A DNA stretch of 64,000 nucleotides from Candidatus Multivoradales bacterium (GTDB lineage: Bacteria; Acidobacteriota; Thermoanaerobaculia; Multivoradales; Multivoraceae). Shown here piece after piece: positions 54,770 through 64,000 of this stretch. Location: NCBI GenBank assembly GCA_965223325.1, contig CBDCWI010000001.1:32001-96000 (forward strand). The letters are read 5' to 3'. The first letter of the stretch is position 1; every line of letters starts with the position of its first letter. The notes below the pieces were generated by a model. The model was given only the letters and a program-made list of their open reading frames with translations. It had not been told where the DNA came from and did not search any database. Made by a program: the position numbers and the translations under genes.

Positions 54770-57415
54770 TTAGGTCGCTAGGTCGGCGGCGAGCCGGGAA
54801 CGTCGCTCTTCTAACTCGGCGAGGCGCGCGCGGTTGCCTTCGACCACCTTGGCCGGCGCTTGTTCGACGAACTTGGGGTTCGCCAAGCGCTTTCTCGCAC
54901 CCGCAATCTCGCCATCGATCTTCGCCAACTCCTTCTCGAGCCGCTCGCGATCGACTTGAGACTGTTCGGGAGCCTCGAACACGGCCGCTAGCTCGACGCC
55001 GGCCACCAGGTCGCGACTTGCGTCGGGCGGCGCCGTTCCCGAGTTGACACTGCGAGTTCGTGCCAGAAAGCCGACCAGGGTTCGATGGTCGAGGACAGCC
55101 TTTGTGGCCACGATGTCACCGCCTTCCAGGACCACATCGATAGGCACGGACGACTTGAGACCGCGTTCCTTGCGAAGAGTGCGGAGGTGGCTGATGACTC
55201 CGATGAGCGCCACGATCTCGGCCTCGGCCTCGGGATCGTGCCAGCGGTCGCCGTCGGTGGGCCATTGGGCGAGTGCCAGGGACTCCGGCGCGATGGACTC
55301 GATGCCGGGCAGGCGATGCCACACCTCCTCGGTCAAGTGCGGCATGACGGGATGCAACAACCGAAGGCTTCGATCGAGCACCAGCAGGAGCGTCTCGCCA
55401 ACCAGTGGTCGCGGCGACCCACCACCGAGGGCAGGCTTGGTCAGCTCGATGTACCAATCGCATAGCTCATGCCAGAAGAAGTGGTAGAGCCGGTTACACG
55501 CTTCATCGAATCGAAACGCCTCCAGCTGCTCGGTGACCTCGACTTCGGTACGCCCAAGTCGCGACAAGATCCAACGCTCGGGCGCCGCCAGCCCAGCGGC
55601 GTCGATCTCTTCGTGCACCGTTGCATCGATGCGAGACAGGGCAAAACGGGTCGCATTCCAGATCTTGTTGCCAAACGCCCTGTATCCCGCGACGCGTTCG
55701 GGGTCGAGCGGAATGTCGCGCCCCGGTACGTCGAGAATGGCAAGGGTAAAACGCACCGCGTCGGCGCCGTACTCGTCGATCAGGTCGCGCGGGTCGACAA
55801 CGTTGCCCTTCGTTTTCGACATCTTTTCGCCGTTCTCATCGCGCACCAGGCCCGTGAGATGCACCTTCGAGAACGGCACCTCGTCCTTGAAATGAAGGCT
55901 CATCATCACCATCCGCGCGACCCAGAAGAACAGAATGTCGAAACCGGTGACGAGAACGTCGGTCGGAAAGAAGGTGCGAAGATCATCGCTCTCCTCGGGC
56001 CATCCGAGGGTCGACATCGGCCACAGGCCAGACGAGAACCAGGTATCGAGAACATCTGGATCTTGTTCGAGGTCGGTGGTACCGGCTGCCGCTTCGGCCT
56101 CCCCCCGGCTCCGTGCCACGAAGCAGTTCCCGTCCCGGTCGTACCAGGCTGGAATTCGGTGACCCCACCACAGCTGCCTCGAAACCACCCACGGGCGGAT
56201 GTTCTCGAGCCAATGAGCCCAGGTCTTGTTCCAGCTGGCGGGAATGAGCTCGAGCTCGCCACTGTCGACGACCTCGAGCGACCGTTTCGCCATTTCAGAC
56301 ACATCGACAAACCATTGCATCGACACCATGGGCTCGACGGGTTCACCGCCCCGTTGGCTGTGGCCTACGGCGTGGCTGTGCCCCTCCACCTTCACCAGAA
56401 GATCGGCGGCCTCTAGCCGCTCGAGAACCTTGGTGCGCGCCTCGAAGCGGTCGAGACCTTCGAAGTCAGCGCCCGCCTCAGCGGTCATGCAACCATCGAA
56501 CCCGATGACTCGGATCCCCTCGAGGTCGTGACGGCCGGCCATCTCGAAGTCGTTCGGGTCATGCCACGGTGTGATCTTGACCAGGCCAGTTCCGAACTCC
56601 GGGTCGACGTAGGAGTCTTCAATGATCGGGATCAAGCGGCCCACGATGGGCAGCCGAACAGTCTTGCCGCGCAGGTGCTGATAGCGCTCGTCTTCAGGAT
56701 GCATCGCCACGGCCATGTCGCCAAGCATCGTTTCTGGACGCGTTGTTGCGACCACCAGGCGCTCATCACTGTCTTCGACCGGGTATGCGAGGTGATAGAG
56801 CTGCCCCTCCACCGTGCGCGCCTCGACCTCGAGGTCTGAAATCGCCGTCTGCAAAACCGGCGACCAATTGACCATGTATTCGCCGCGCGTCACCAACCCC
56901 TCTTCCCACAACCGCACAAACGCCTCACGCACCGCCTTCGACATGCCTTCATCAAGGGTGAAGCGTTCGCGCGACCAGTCGCAGCTGGCTCCCATGATCT
57001 CGAGCTGATCCCGAATGTTCGATTGGTACAGCTCTTTCCACTCCCACACGCGACGCTCGAATTCCTCGCGCCCCAGGGCCTGCCGACTCGTACCCTCGGT
57101 CGCCAACTGCCGCTCAACCATCAGCTGGGTCGCGATCCCGGCGTGATCCGTACCGGGGAGCCACAGCGCGTTGCGCCCCTGCATCCGCCGCCATCGAACC
57201 AGCAGGTCTTGCAGCGTGCTTTGAAGCGCATGACCCATGTGCAGTTTCCCGGTCACGTTGGGCGGCGGAATCATGATCGACCACGGTTCGCTTTCGCCGA
57301 CCCGTTCACCGCTCGTTGCCTCGAAGAGATCACGCTTGCGCCAGAACTCTTGCCATCGCGACTCGAAGGACGATGGGTCGAACTGTTTTTCCATCTCGAT
57401 CTTGCGGTCACTCAT
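54770..57415 (-). CDS. valS: Valine--tRNA ligase
   Basis: PPPNVTG.LHMGH, SRQLWWGH, KMSKT, C-terminal coiled coil. Confidence 0.98.
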   Translation of the reverse strand: MSDRKIEMEKQFDPSSFESRWQEFWRKRDLFEATSGERVGESEPWSIMIPPPNVTGKLHMGHALQSTLQDLLVRWRRMQGRNALWLPGTDHAGIATQLMVERQLATEGTSRQALGREEFERRVWEWKELYQSNIRDQLEIMGASCDWSRERFTLDEGMSKAVREAFVRLWEEGLVTRGEYMVNWSPVLQTAISDLEVEARTVEGQLYHLAYPVEDSDERLVVATTRPETMLGDMAVAMHPEDERYQHLRGKTVRLPIVGRLIPIIEDSYVDPEFGTGLVKITPWHDPNDFEMAGRHDLEGIRVIGFDGCMTAEAGADFEGLDRFEARTKVLERLEAADLLVKVEGHSHAVGHSQRGGEPVEPMVSMQWFVDVSEMAKRSLEVVDSGELELIPASWNKTWAHWLENIRPWVVSRQLWWGHRIPAWYDRDGNCFVARSRGEAEAAAGTTDLEQDPDVLDTWFSSGLWPMSTLGWPEESDDLRTFFPTDVLVTGFDILFFWVARMVMMSLHFKDEVPFSKVHLTGLVRDENGEKMSKTKGNVVDPRDLIDEYGADAVRFTLAILDVPGRDIPLDPERVAGYRAFGNKIWNATRFALSRIDATVHEEIDAAGLAAPERWILSRLGRTEVEVTEQLEAFRFDEACNRLYHFFWHELCDWYIELTKPALGGGSPRPLVGETLLLVLDRSLRLLHPVMPHLTEEVWHRLPGIESIAPESLALAQWPTDGDRWHDPEAEAEIVALIGVISHLRTLRKERGLKSSVPIDVVLEGGDIVATKAVLDHRTLVGFLARTRSVNSGTAPPDASRDLVAGVELAAVFEAPEQSQVDRERLEKELAKIDGEIAGARKRLANPKFVEQAPAKVVEGNRARLAELEERRSRLAADLAT

Positions 57416-57564
57416 GCCTTCATCACTCCTGAACCTTCGACTCTCCACAGTTGCCGCCCCGATCGCCCTGGAAGGTCACGCTCAGGTCCTTCTACTCGTC
57501 CAACTGTCCGGTCCAGACCGGTGCAGGCCTGCGGCAGTGGCACGATCGTCAGCACAGGCCGACT

Positions 57565-58311
57565 TCAGTTGGCGGGCTCCCCCGAGTCTTCACGGACGAC
57601 GGGTTGCGGAATCTCGGCCTCTTCTTCCTCTACGAAACGCTCGAGTTCAGCCAGGCGTGCGCGGACGAGTACTTCCGCCACGTCGGGCACAACTTCCCAG
57701 GCAACATCCGCCACTGTGCGATCCGCCATGAGCTCGACAACCCGCCGCGCGATCCGGTCGATGTCAGCGTCCGAAAGGACGCCCTCTACTGCCCGCGCCA
57801 AGCCCCGTCGAGCGTCGGCCCCTTCCAGCGCGACCGCGAGCGGAGTCAGCAATGGTGCCACGCTTCCCCCACCACCCTCGGCTTCGACTTCGCCCAGAAA
57901 GCTCGCGCTCGGGGCTGCTTCCTCGGCGACGGCTCCTCGAGCCGACTCCTCAGGGGCCCCGATCAGATCACGCACCCGCTCCACAAGAGCTGCTGACTTG
58001 AACGGCTTCTCCAGGACTCCTTGTGCGCCGCAGGCATCGAACGCCTGGTCATCGAAGGCCTCATACGAACCCACCAGAAGCAGCACCGGCAGACCGGGGG
58101 TGATCGCCCGCGCCTGTCGGCAAAGCTCATAGCCATCAATCCCCGGCATATGGACGTCTGCCACCAGCGCCGCGGGCCTGAGCTCCGGTAGAGCCTCGAG
58201 AGCGTGGTCGCCCGAGTCCATCAGGCGCACGTCCCAACCGGTTTCTCTGAAGGCCAGTTCGGCCACGCGGCGGACGGCCGCACTGTCGTCTGCAAGGAGG
58301 ATCGTTGTCAT
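57565..58311 (-). CDS. Response regulator, RomR-like
   Basis: REC domain ADDS...D..MP..DGY; acidic linker; C-terminal AWEVVP.VAE.L.R; next to valS. Confidence 0.75.
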   Translation of the reverse strand: MTTILLADDSAAVRRVAELAFRETGWDVRLMDSGDHALEALPELRPAALVADVHMPGIDGYELCRQARAITPGLPVLLLVGSYEAFDDQAFDACGAQGVLEKPFKSAALVERVRDLIGAPEESARGAVAEEAAPSASFLGEVEAEGGGGSVAPLLTPLAVALEGADARRGLARAVEGVLSDADIDRIARRVVELMADRTVADVAWEVVPDVAEVLVRARLAELERFVEEEEAEIPQPVVREDSGEPAN

Positions 58312-58377
58312 CAGGGCCCTGACGCTAGCGCCCACCCTGCCGGGCGTCAACGCTGGCGCCGGTGGTGCTGGGCCAGG

Positions 58378-59304
58378 TCAGTCCCGCCGCCGATCCAGAA
58401 ACCGACGCAGCCATCGCCTGGGCTCGCCAGTCTGATAGCTCTCTCCGAAGGCGCTGATACCTGCCTGGACGGCCGCCGGCGACGGTTCGTCTTCCCAGGT
58501 GGCACAGAGGGCCTTCTGCCTTCTCAGAGCGCCGGGCGCGGACTCGAGAAGACCCAGAATGCGCCTTTCGACCTCTTCGTCGAGCTCGCGGGCGGGGACC
58601 ACGTAGTCCACCACAGACCAGCTCAGTGCTTCCCGGCCGTCCAGAATGCGGCCGGTCAGCACCAGATCACGCGCCCTCCCCGTTCCTACCAGTGCTGGCA
58701 GGCGGGCCGCCTCGATCACCGAAGGCACCCCCACCTTGACCTCTGGCATACCAAACCGTGCGTCCTCGCTCGCCAGTCGCAGGTCACAGCACGCGGCAAC
58801 CTCGAGACCGGCCCCGTAGCAGTGGCTTTCGATCTTCGCGAGGACGACCGCCGGGAGCTGGCGAAGCGCCTCACAGAGGCGATGAAGCCGAGTGATGAAC
58901 GCCACCGCTCCCGGCGCGTCGAGTTCCGCCAGTTCGTAGAGATCAGCGCCACCAATCCAGCTGCGCTCGCTGCCTTCGAGCACCAGGGCCCTGGCAGCCT
59001 CGTCGCGGGCAACGTGCTCGAGCGCAAAGAGCAATCCGTCAACCGTGTGGCTGTCGAGCGCGTTGAGGCGTTCCTCCCGCCGAATCTGCAGGTAGTAGAC
59101 GTGGGCTGGGTCGCCGAGTGCGTCTGCCCTGGGCTCGCAACGCAGATCGATCTCATCGGGAGTCCCGGGTACGACGCCGCCTGCCGCGGTGCCAGGGACT
59201 GCGGAGGTGGGTGAGACGGGGGCTGCGGATGCTCCTCCGGCGGGGCGTTCCGAGGTGCCAGGGACTGCGGCAGGGCGCTCTGGGGGGTCGTCGGCGGGGG
59301 TCAT
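58378..59304 (-). CDS. Enoyl-CoA hydratase/isomerase with low-complexity N-terminal extension
   Basis: GGAD, G.GLE, FGMPEVKVG. Confidence 0.88.
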   Translation of the reverse strand: MTPADDPPERPAAVPGTSERPAGGASAAPVSPTSAVPGTAAGGVVPGTPDEIDLRCEPRADALGDPAHVYYLQIRREERLNALDSHTVDGLLFALEHVARDEAARALVLEGSERSWIGGADLYELAELDAPGAVAFITRLHRLCEALRQLPAVVLAKIESHCYGAGLEVAACCDLRLASEDARFGMPEVKVGVPSVIEAARLPALVGTGRARDLVLTGRILDGREALSWSVVDYVVPARELDEEVERRILGLLESAPGALRRQKALCATWEDEPSPAAVQAGISAFGESYQTGEPRRWLRRFLDRRRD

Positions 59305-59633
59305 TGCCGCTCGCGTGGAGGCTCGAGCTCGACGGCGGTACCGTAGGCGAGGAGCTCGGCTGCCGTGCTCATCACCATCGAGGTGGTGAACGAGACCGCG
59401 ATGACCGCGTCGGCACCGAGCTCTCGCGCCTCTTGCACCATGCGGTCGAGCGCCTGTTCGCGCGCCTCCGCAAACAGCTTCGTGTACTCGGGGATCTCTC
59501 CGCCGACCAGACCGCGCAGGGCCGCCGAAATGTCTTTGCCGACGCCGCGGGTTCGAATGGCGTTGCCACGCACCAGTCCCAGGGTGCGACTGACCTGGCG
59601 ACCGTCGATGCTCGGGGTTGTGGTCACGATCAT
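59301..59633 (-). CDS. YbjQ/UPF0145 family protein
   Basis: LVGGE..EYT.L..EARE.A, GADAV, YGTAV. Confidence 0.92.
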   Translation of the reverse strand: MIVTTTPSIDGRQVSRTLGLVRGNAIRTRGVGKDISAALRGLVGGEIPEYTKLFAEAREQALDRMVQEARELGADAVIAVSFTTSMVMSTAAELLAYGTAVELEPPRERQ

Positions 59634-59718
59634 GTGCTCTGGTCCCTCCTCGGAGTCATCGGGTCGGTTGTTGTTTGACGCGGTGGCCGTGCACTCTTTC
59701 GAGCGGGTCGATGAATTG

Positions 59719-60180
59719 CTACTTGCGCACGCCGCGATAACGGTCTCGACCGGCAACTCGCCAGCGATCCAGCACGACAGACACCAGGACCATCGCGCTG
59801 CCTGCCAGCACACCTGGACCGATAGCGAAGACGACCCAGTTCGACAGCTTCGCTTCGCCCTCTGACGGGTCCACTGTCATCCAACTACCCTTGAAAGCCA
59901 GGCCGGCGGCGACGACCGCACCAACCAGCAGCAGCAACAGGCCGAGGTCGCGCAAGACCCGGCTCACCGGCCCGCGCGGGCGCTCATCCCACTGGTCATC
60001 GGCGGGGAACTCGGTCGCCAGGCTGGCCTCACGCACCGAACGCAGTTCCGCCATCAGCTCACGTGCGGCTTCGTTCTCCTCGAGGTGCAGCCGGACCTTC
60101 TGCGCTTCGCCCTGGGTCAGGGCACCGTCAATGAAGCCAGATAGGAGCTTTTCGTCGAATTCTGCGTTGCCGTCAGTCAT
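59719..60180 (-). CDS. Anti-sigma factor-like membrane protein
   Basis: LLSGFIDG.L......V..HL, two TMs; downstream of the ECF sigma. Confidence 0.75.
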   Translation of the reverse strand: MTDGNAEFDEKLLSGFIDGALTQGEAQKVRLHLEENEAARELMAELRSVREASLATEFPADDQWDERPRGPVSRVLRDLGLLLLLVGAVVAAGLAFKGSWMTVDPSEGEAKLSNWVVFAIGPGVLAGSAMVLVSVVLDRWRVAGRDRYRGVRK

Positions 60181-60209
60181 AGGACTTCCTCTGCGCCGAG
60201 CCTCGCGGC

Positions 60210-60887
60210 TCAGATCCGATCTTCTTCCCTGACCACCTGGGCCAGATCCACCCCGCCATCCAGGAGCACACCTCGCAGCCGTTTGCGGGCCGCATGCAGG
60301 CGAGACATCACCGTTCCCATGGGAATGTCGAGGGTCTCGGCAATCTCGCGGTAGGCGAGGTCTTGATAGTCACGCAGCACGAGGATCTCGCGGTGCTCGC
60401 GACTGACCTTCGCGAGCGCCGACCAGATCCGCCGCTTGAGTTCAGCGTTCTGTGCCAGATGATGAGGCCCGGGGCGGGTCGTTGGAACATCGATCGCATC
60501 TCCTTCGACCCCGCCGGTGTCCAGCGAATCGGCGCGGCGTACCTTGGCACGGCGGATGCGATCGATCGCGGCATTACGCACGATGCGCCGCAGCCATGGC
60601 AACACGGGACGTTTGGCGTCGAAGGTATCGACACTGGCGAGAAACTTCATCAATGCGTCCTGAGTCACATCGCGTGCGTCTTCCTGGTTACCCAACAGCT
60701 GAAAGGCGAGTCGAAAGGCGCTCGGGCCATACGTGCTGGCGAACTGATTCGCGGCATCACGGTCGCCGGCCTGGATTCGAGCAACCAATCGAGAGTCGGC
60801 CGATTCCGGGCGGCTGCTCTCGGCAGCGATCTCGATCGGCCGGCTCTTCTTGTCGCTCTCGTATCTCATTGCCATCGCGGTAGCCAT
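60210..60887 (-). CDS. ECF sigma-70 factor
   Basis: DARDVTQDA, W...I..N..ID, Y.EIA..L.IP.GTVMSRL. Confidence 0.93.
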   Translation of the reverse strand: MATAMAMRYESDKKSRPIEIAAESSRPESADSRLVARIQAGDRDAANQFASTYGPSAFRLAFQLLGNQEDARDVTQDALMKFLASVDTFDAKRPVLPWLRRIVRNAAIDRIRRAKVRRADSLDTGGVEGDAIDVPTTRPGPHHLAQNAELKRRIWSALAKVSREHREILVLRDYQDLAYREIAETLDIPMGTVMSRLHAARKRLRGVLLDGGVDLAQVVREEDRI

Positions 60888-61044
60888 ATCATCACCAAGT
60901 ACGCTTCCGGCCAACCCTTCATTCGAGAAACTCCCGCGCGGTGCTCGCGCCGAACCCACAGACCGTCCGACCTCGAGCCCAGAAAACCAGCGCCGACACG
61001 CCCCTGAGGCCCATCCAACCTCCAACACCCGCCGCTACAGACCC

Positions 61045-61950
61045 TTGCACGACTCTCTCGATCCCAGCCTCGCCGGACGTCGCGTCCTCATCACTGGTGC
61101 CAGCGGCGGGATCGGCAGCACCACCGCGCGCCTCCTCTCACAGAGCGGCTGCCGACTTCTCCTCCACTTCAGGAGCGGCGCCGATCACGCTCGAGCCCTG
61201 CTAGCCGAGCTCGCGACCAACCGGATCGCCGGAGAAGGGCACCCACTCGAGCACCCGGGGCCGCAAGAGTTCGCCACCGGTGCCGATCTGCGCTCCGAAA
61301 CCGAAGTCGAAGCCCTCTTCGCAGCCGCTAGCTCCCAACTCGGCGGCCTCGACTCTCTGGTTGCCAACGCCGGGGTCTGGCCGCAGGCTGACGTGCCCGT
61401 CAGCACGATGACCCTCGAGCGCTGGCAGGAAACTCTGGCCACCAACCTCACCGCCGTCTTTCTCTCCTGTCGCGGCTTTCTGCGCTCGATCTCGTCGGCT
61501 ACGAGGGAACCTGTGGACCCGACGGCCCCATCGCGTGTCCCGTCGATCGTCGTCATCGGCTCGACGGCAGGGCTGTTCGGCGAAGAGAACCACGCGGACT
61601 ACGCTGCCGCCAAATCCGCCCTGCACGGCCTGGTGCGCTCGCTCAAGAACGAGATCGTGCGAGTACACCCTGAGGCGCGCGTCAACCTCGTCGCTCCGGG
61701 CTGGGTGGCGACACCGATGGCGCGTCCCGCACTCGAAGACCGCCGCAACGTCGCCCGCGCCACTTCGACCATCGCCACCGGACGCGTCGCCCGACCCGAA
61801 GACGTCGCCCACGCGGTGCGCTTTCTCCTGTCACCCCTCACGGCACGGCACGTCACCGGCACGATCCTGCCAGTCCACGGTGGCATGGAGGGTCGGCTTC
61901 TCCATCCTGCGAAGCTCGACTTCGAACCCGAGCGAGGAGAACCAGCGTGA
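61045..61950 (+). CDS. Short-chain dehydrogenase/reductase; start approximate
   Basis: TGASGGIG, NAG, YAAAK. Confidence 0.9.
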   Translation: MHDSLDPSLAGRRVLITGASGGIGSTTARLLSQSGCRLLLHFRSGADHARALLAELATNRIAGEGHPLEHPGPQEFATGADLRSETEVEALFAAASSQLGGLDSLVANAGVWPQADVPVSTMTLERWQETLATNLTAVFLSCRGFLRSISSATREPVDPTAPSRVPSIVVIGSTAGLFGEENHADYAAAKSALHGLVRSLKNEIVRVHPEARVNLVAPGWVATPMARPALEDRRNVARATSTIATGRVARPEDVAHAVRFLLSPLTARHVTGTILPVHGGMEGRLLHPAKLDFEPERGEPA

Positions 61951-63866
61951 GTCGCTACCGAGAAGTCCATCGAGCCTGGCAAGACGATCCCCAAGCCTTT
62001 TGGTCAAAGGCCGCTCAGGCGATCGACTGGTTCGAACCCTTCGACTCCGTCCTCGACGACAGTCGAGCGCCCTTCTACCGGTGGTTTCCTGGAGGTTCGG
62101 TCAACACCTGTTGGAACGCTGTCGACCGTCACGTCGCGGCCGGCCACGGCGGTCGTCTTGCGGTGGTCTGGGACAGCGCCATGGAGAACCGCCACCAGAC
62201 CTTCACCTACAAAGAGCTACAGCACGAGGTGTCGGTCCTCGCCGGTGCCCTCGCACGACTCGAGGTAAGCGCCGGCGACCGTGTGTTGATCTATATGCCC
62301 ATGATCCCGCAGGCGCTGTTTGCCATGTTGGCGTGCGCCCGCCTGGGCGCCATCCACTCCGTCGTGTTCGGGGGGTTCGCACCCCAGGAACTGGCCAAGC
62401 GAATCAATGACGCCCGACCCAGGGTCGTGTTGTCGGCCTCTTGCGGCCTCGAGCCGCATCGCGTCGTGGAGTACAAACCACTGCTCGACGAAGGCATTCG
62501 GCTGGCCACACCGGAGGCTCGCCCCGAGCATGTCGTCGTGCTCGAGCGGGCGGCCTGTGAGGCACCGCTAGATACCAGTGGTCGCGATCTCGATTGGGGG
62601 GAGTTCATCGATGGCGCCAAAGGGGCTCCGTGCGTGCGCGTCGCATCGAGCGATCCGCTCTACATCCTCTACACCTCGGGTACGACAGGCATTCCCAAAG
62701 GCGTCGTACGCGACAACGGCGGCCATATGGTCGCTTTGGCCTGGAGCATGGAGAACGTCTATGGCGTGCGCCCCGGCGAGGTGTACTGGGCAGCCTCGGA
62801 CATCGGATGGGTGGTAGGGCACTCCTACATCGTCTATGCGCCGCTCCTCCATGGCTGCACCACGATCCTCTTCGAGGGCAAACCCGTCGGCACCCCCGAC
62901 GCAGGCACCTTCTGGCGAGTTCTCGAGCAGTGGAAGGTCAGTACGATGTTCACCGCACCCACCGCGTTTCGCGCCATCAAGCGCGACGACCCGAGCGCTC
63001 GCCTGCTCAGAGGGCGCGATCTGTCGGCGTTCCGAGCGCTCTTCCTGGCCGGCGAGCGGGCCGATCCCGACACCCTGCGCTGGGCTGAGAAGCACCTCGA
63101 AGTCCCGGTCATCGACCACTGGTGGCAGACCGAGACCGGCTGGCCCATCGTCGCCAACTGCCTGGGGCTGGGAGCTCTGCCGGTCAAACATGGTTCGCCG
63201 ACGGTTGCGGTACCCGGCTACAGCGTGCGGGTCGAGGACGAAGAGGGACGGGACGTGCCCGCCGACGCCATCGGCTCGATCGTCATCGACCTTCCGCTAC
63301 CCCCCGGCTGCCTGACCACTTTGTGGAACAACGATCGCGGCTATCTCGACAGCTACCTCGACGACCAGCACCGGGTCTATCGAACCGGCGACGCGGGAAC
63401 CATCGATGAGGACGGCTACCTGTACATCCTGAGCCGCACCGACGACCTGATCAACGTAGCGGGCCACCGCCTTTCGACCGGCGGCATGGAAGAGGTCCTT
63501 GCCGACCATCCAGACGTTGCCGAGTGCGCCGTGCTCGGCGTTTCGGATCCCTTGAAGGGCCAGGTTCCCCTCGGCCTGGTGGTCCTCAACGCGGAAACCG
63601 ATCGAGATCAGGGAGTGGTCGTGCGCGAACTGATCGCGGCAGTTCGTGAGCGCATCGGACCGGTGGCCGCCTTCAAGTTGGCGGCGGTTGTGGAGCGGCT
63701 CCCCAAAACGCGTTCGGGCAAGGTGCTGCGCGGCACGATGCGCATGATTGCCGACGGCGAGGACTGGACGTTGCCTGCAACGATCGACGAGCCAGCAATC
63801 CTGGGTGAGATCGAACAGGCCCTCGCCGAACTCGGTTTCCCTCGTTCTCCGGGTGGTCCCAGGTGA
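61947..63866 (+). CDS. prpE: Propionyl-CoA synthetase
   Basis: YTSGTTG.PKG, DHWWQTETG, GHRLSTG, PKTRSGK. Confidence 0.9.
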   Translation: MSRYREVHRAWQDDPQAFWSKAAQAIDWFEPFDSVLDDSRAPFYRWFPGGSVNTCWNAVDRHVAAGHGGRLAVVWDSAMENRHQTFTYKELQHEVSVLAGALARLEVSAGDRVLIYMPMIPQALFAMLACARLGAIHSVVFGGFAPQELAKRINDARPRVVLSASCGLEPHRVVEYKPLLDEGIRLATPEARPEHVVVLERAACEAPLDTSGRDLDWGEFIDGAKGAPCVRVASSDPLYILYTSGTTGIPKGVVRDNGGHMVALAWSMENVYGVRPGEVYWAASDIGWVVGHSYIVYAPLLHGCTTILFEGKPVGTPDAGTFWRVLEQWKVSTMFTAPTAFRAIKRDDPSARLLRGRDLSAFRALFLAGERADPDTLRWAEKHLEVPVIDHWWQTETGWPIVANCLGLGALPVKHGSPTVAVPGYSVRVEDEEGRDVPADAIGSIVIDLPLPPGCLTTLWNNDRGYLDSYLDDQHRVYRTGDAGTIDEDGYLYILSRTDDLINVAGHRLSTGGMEEVLADHPDVAECAVLGVSDPLKGQVPLGLVVLNAETDRDQGVVVRELIAAVRERIGPVAAFKLAAVVERLPKTRSGKVLRGTMRMIADGEDWTLPATIDEPAILGEIEQALAELGFPRSPGGPR

Positions 63867-64000
63867 GGGGTCGGCGGGGCTGGCAGCCGGTTGCGGGCGT
63901 CGTTGTGGCGCTCCTTCTCCTCACGGCCTGTCAGAAGTCGCCTCATCGCGGCAGCTGGTCGGGCACCTTCACGGGCGACGTGACGGGCGTCGTTGACTTC

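Noticed and set aside
55272-55284. Palindrome insertion in valS
   Set aside because: The motif is present but lies in a region with no evident length insertion; may be chance

Overview
GC-rich bacterial window, most likely Acidobacteriota; Thermoanaerobaculia-like is my inference from gene content. Positions 1-~24,300 are one end of a temperate HK97-like prophage integrated at the 3' end of a tRNA-Arg(CCT) (24299-24375, minus). It carries a tyrosine integrase, an early/replication operon, a cI/cro-type switch with apparently leaderless promoters, two repressor-linked envelope morons, HNH, terminase, portal, S49 protease and major capsid. An unusual fibre-like cassette and domain-decorated neck proteins follow, and the prophage continues past the left edge. 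Positions ~24,400-64,000 are host chromosome: pcm, surE, an oxidoreductase, lpxA, fabZ, lpxD, skp, bamA, a ClpC-like ATPase, lolD, lolC/E and PNP, with a complete antisense group II intron between bamA and skp. After these come hpt, an isochorismatase, a TPR/SLH lipoprotein, hfq, miaA, comEC, birA, a Y1/RAYT-type HUH transposase, valS, a RomR-like regulator, an enoyl-CoA hydratase, YbjQ, an ECF sigma/anti-sigma pair, an SDR and prpE. A 13-bp palindromic repeat family (RGTSCC-W-GGSACY, reading 'VPGT') flanks the transposase, forms arrays and occurs inside coding regions. All calls come from reading motifs by eye; no database searches were run.
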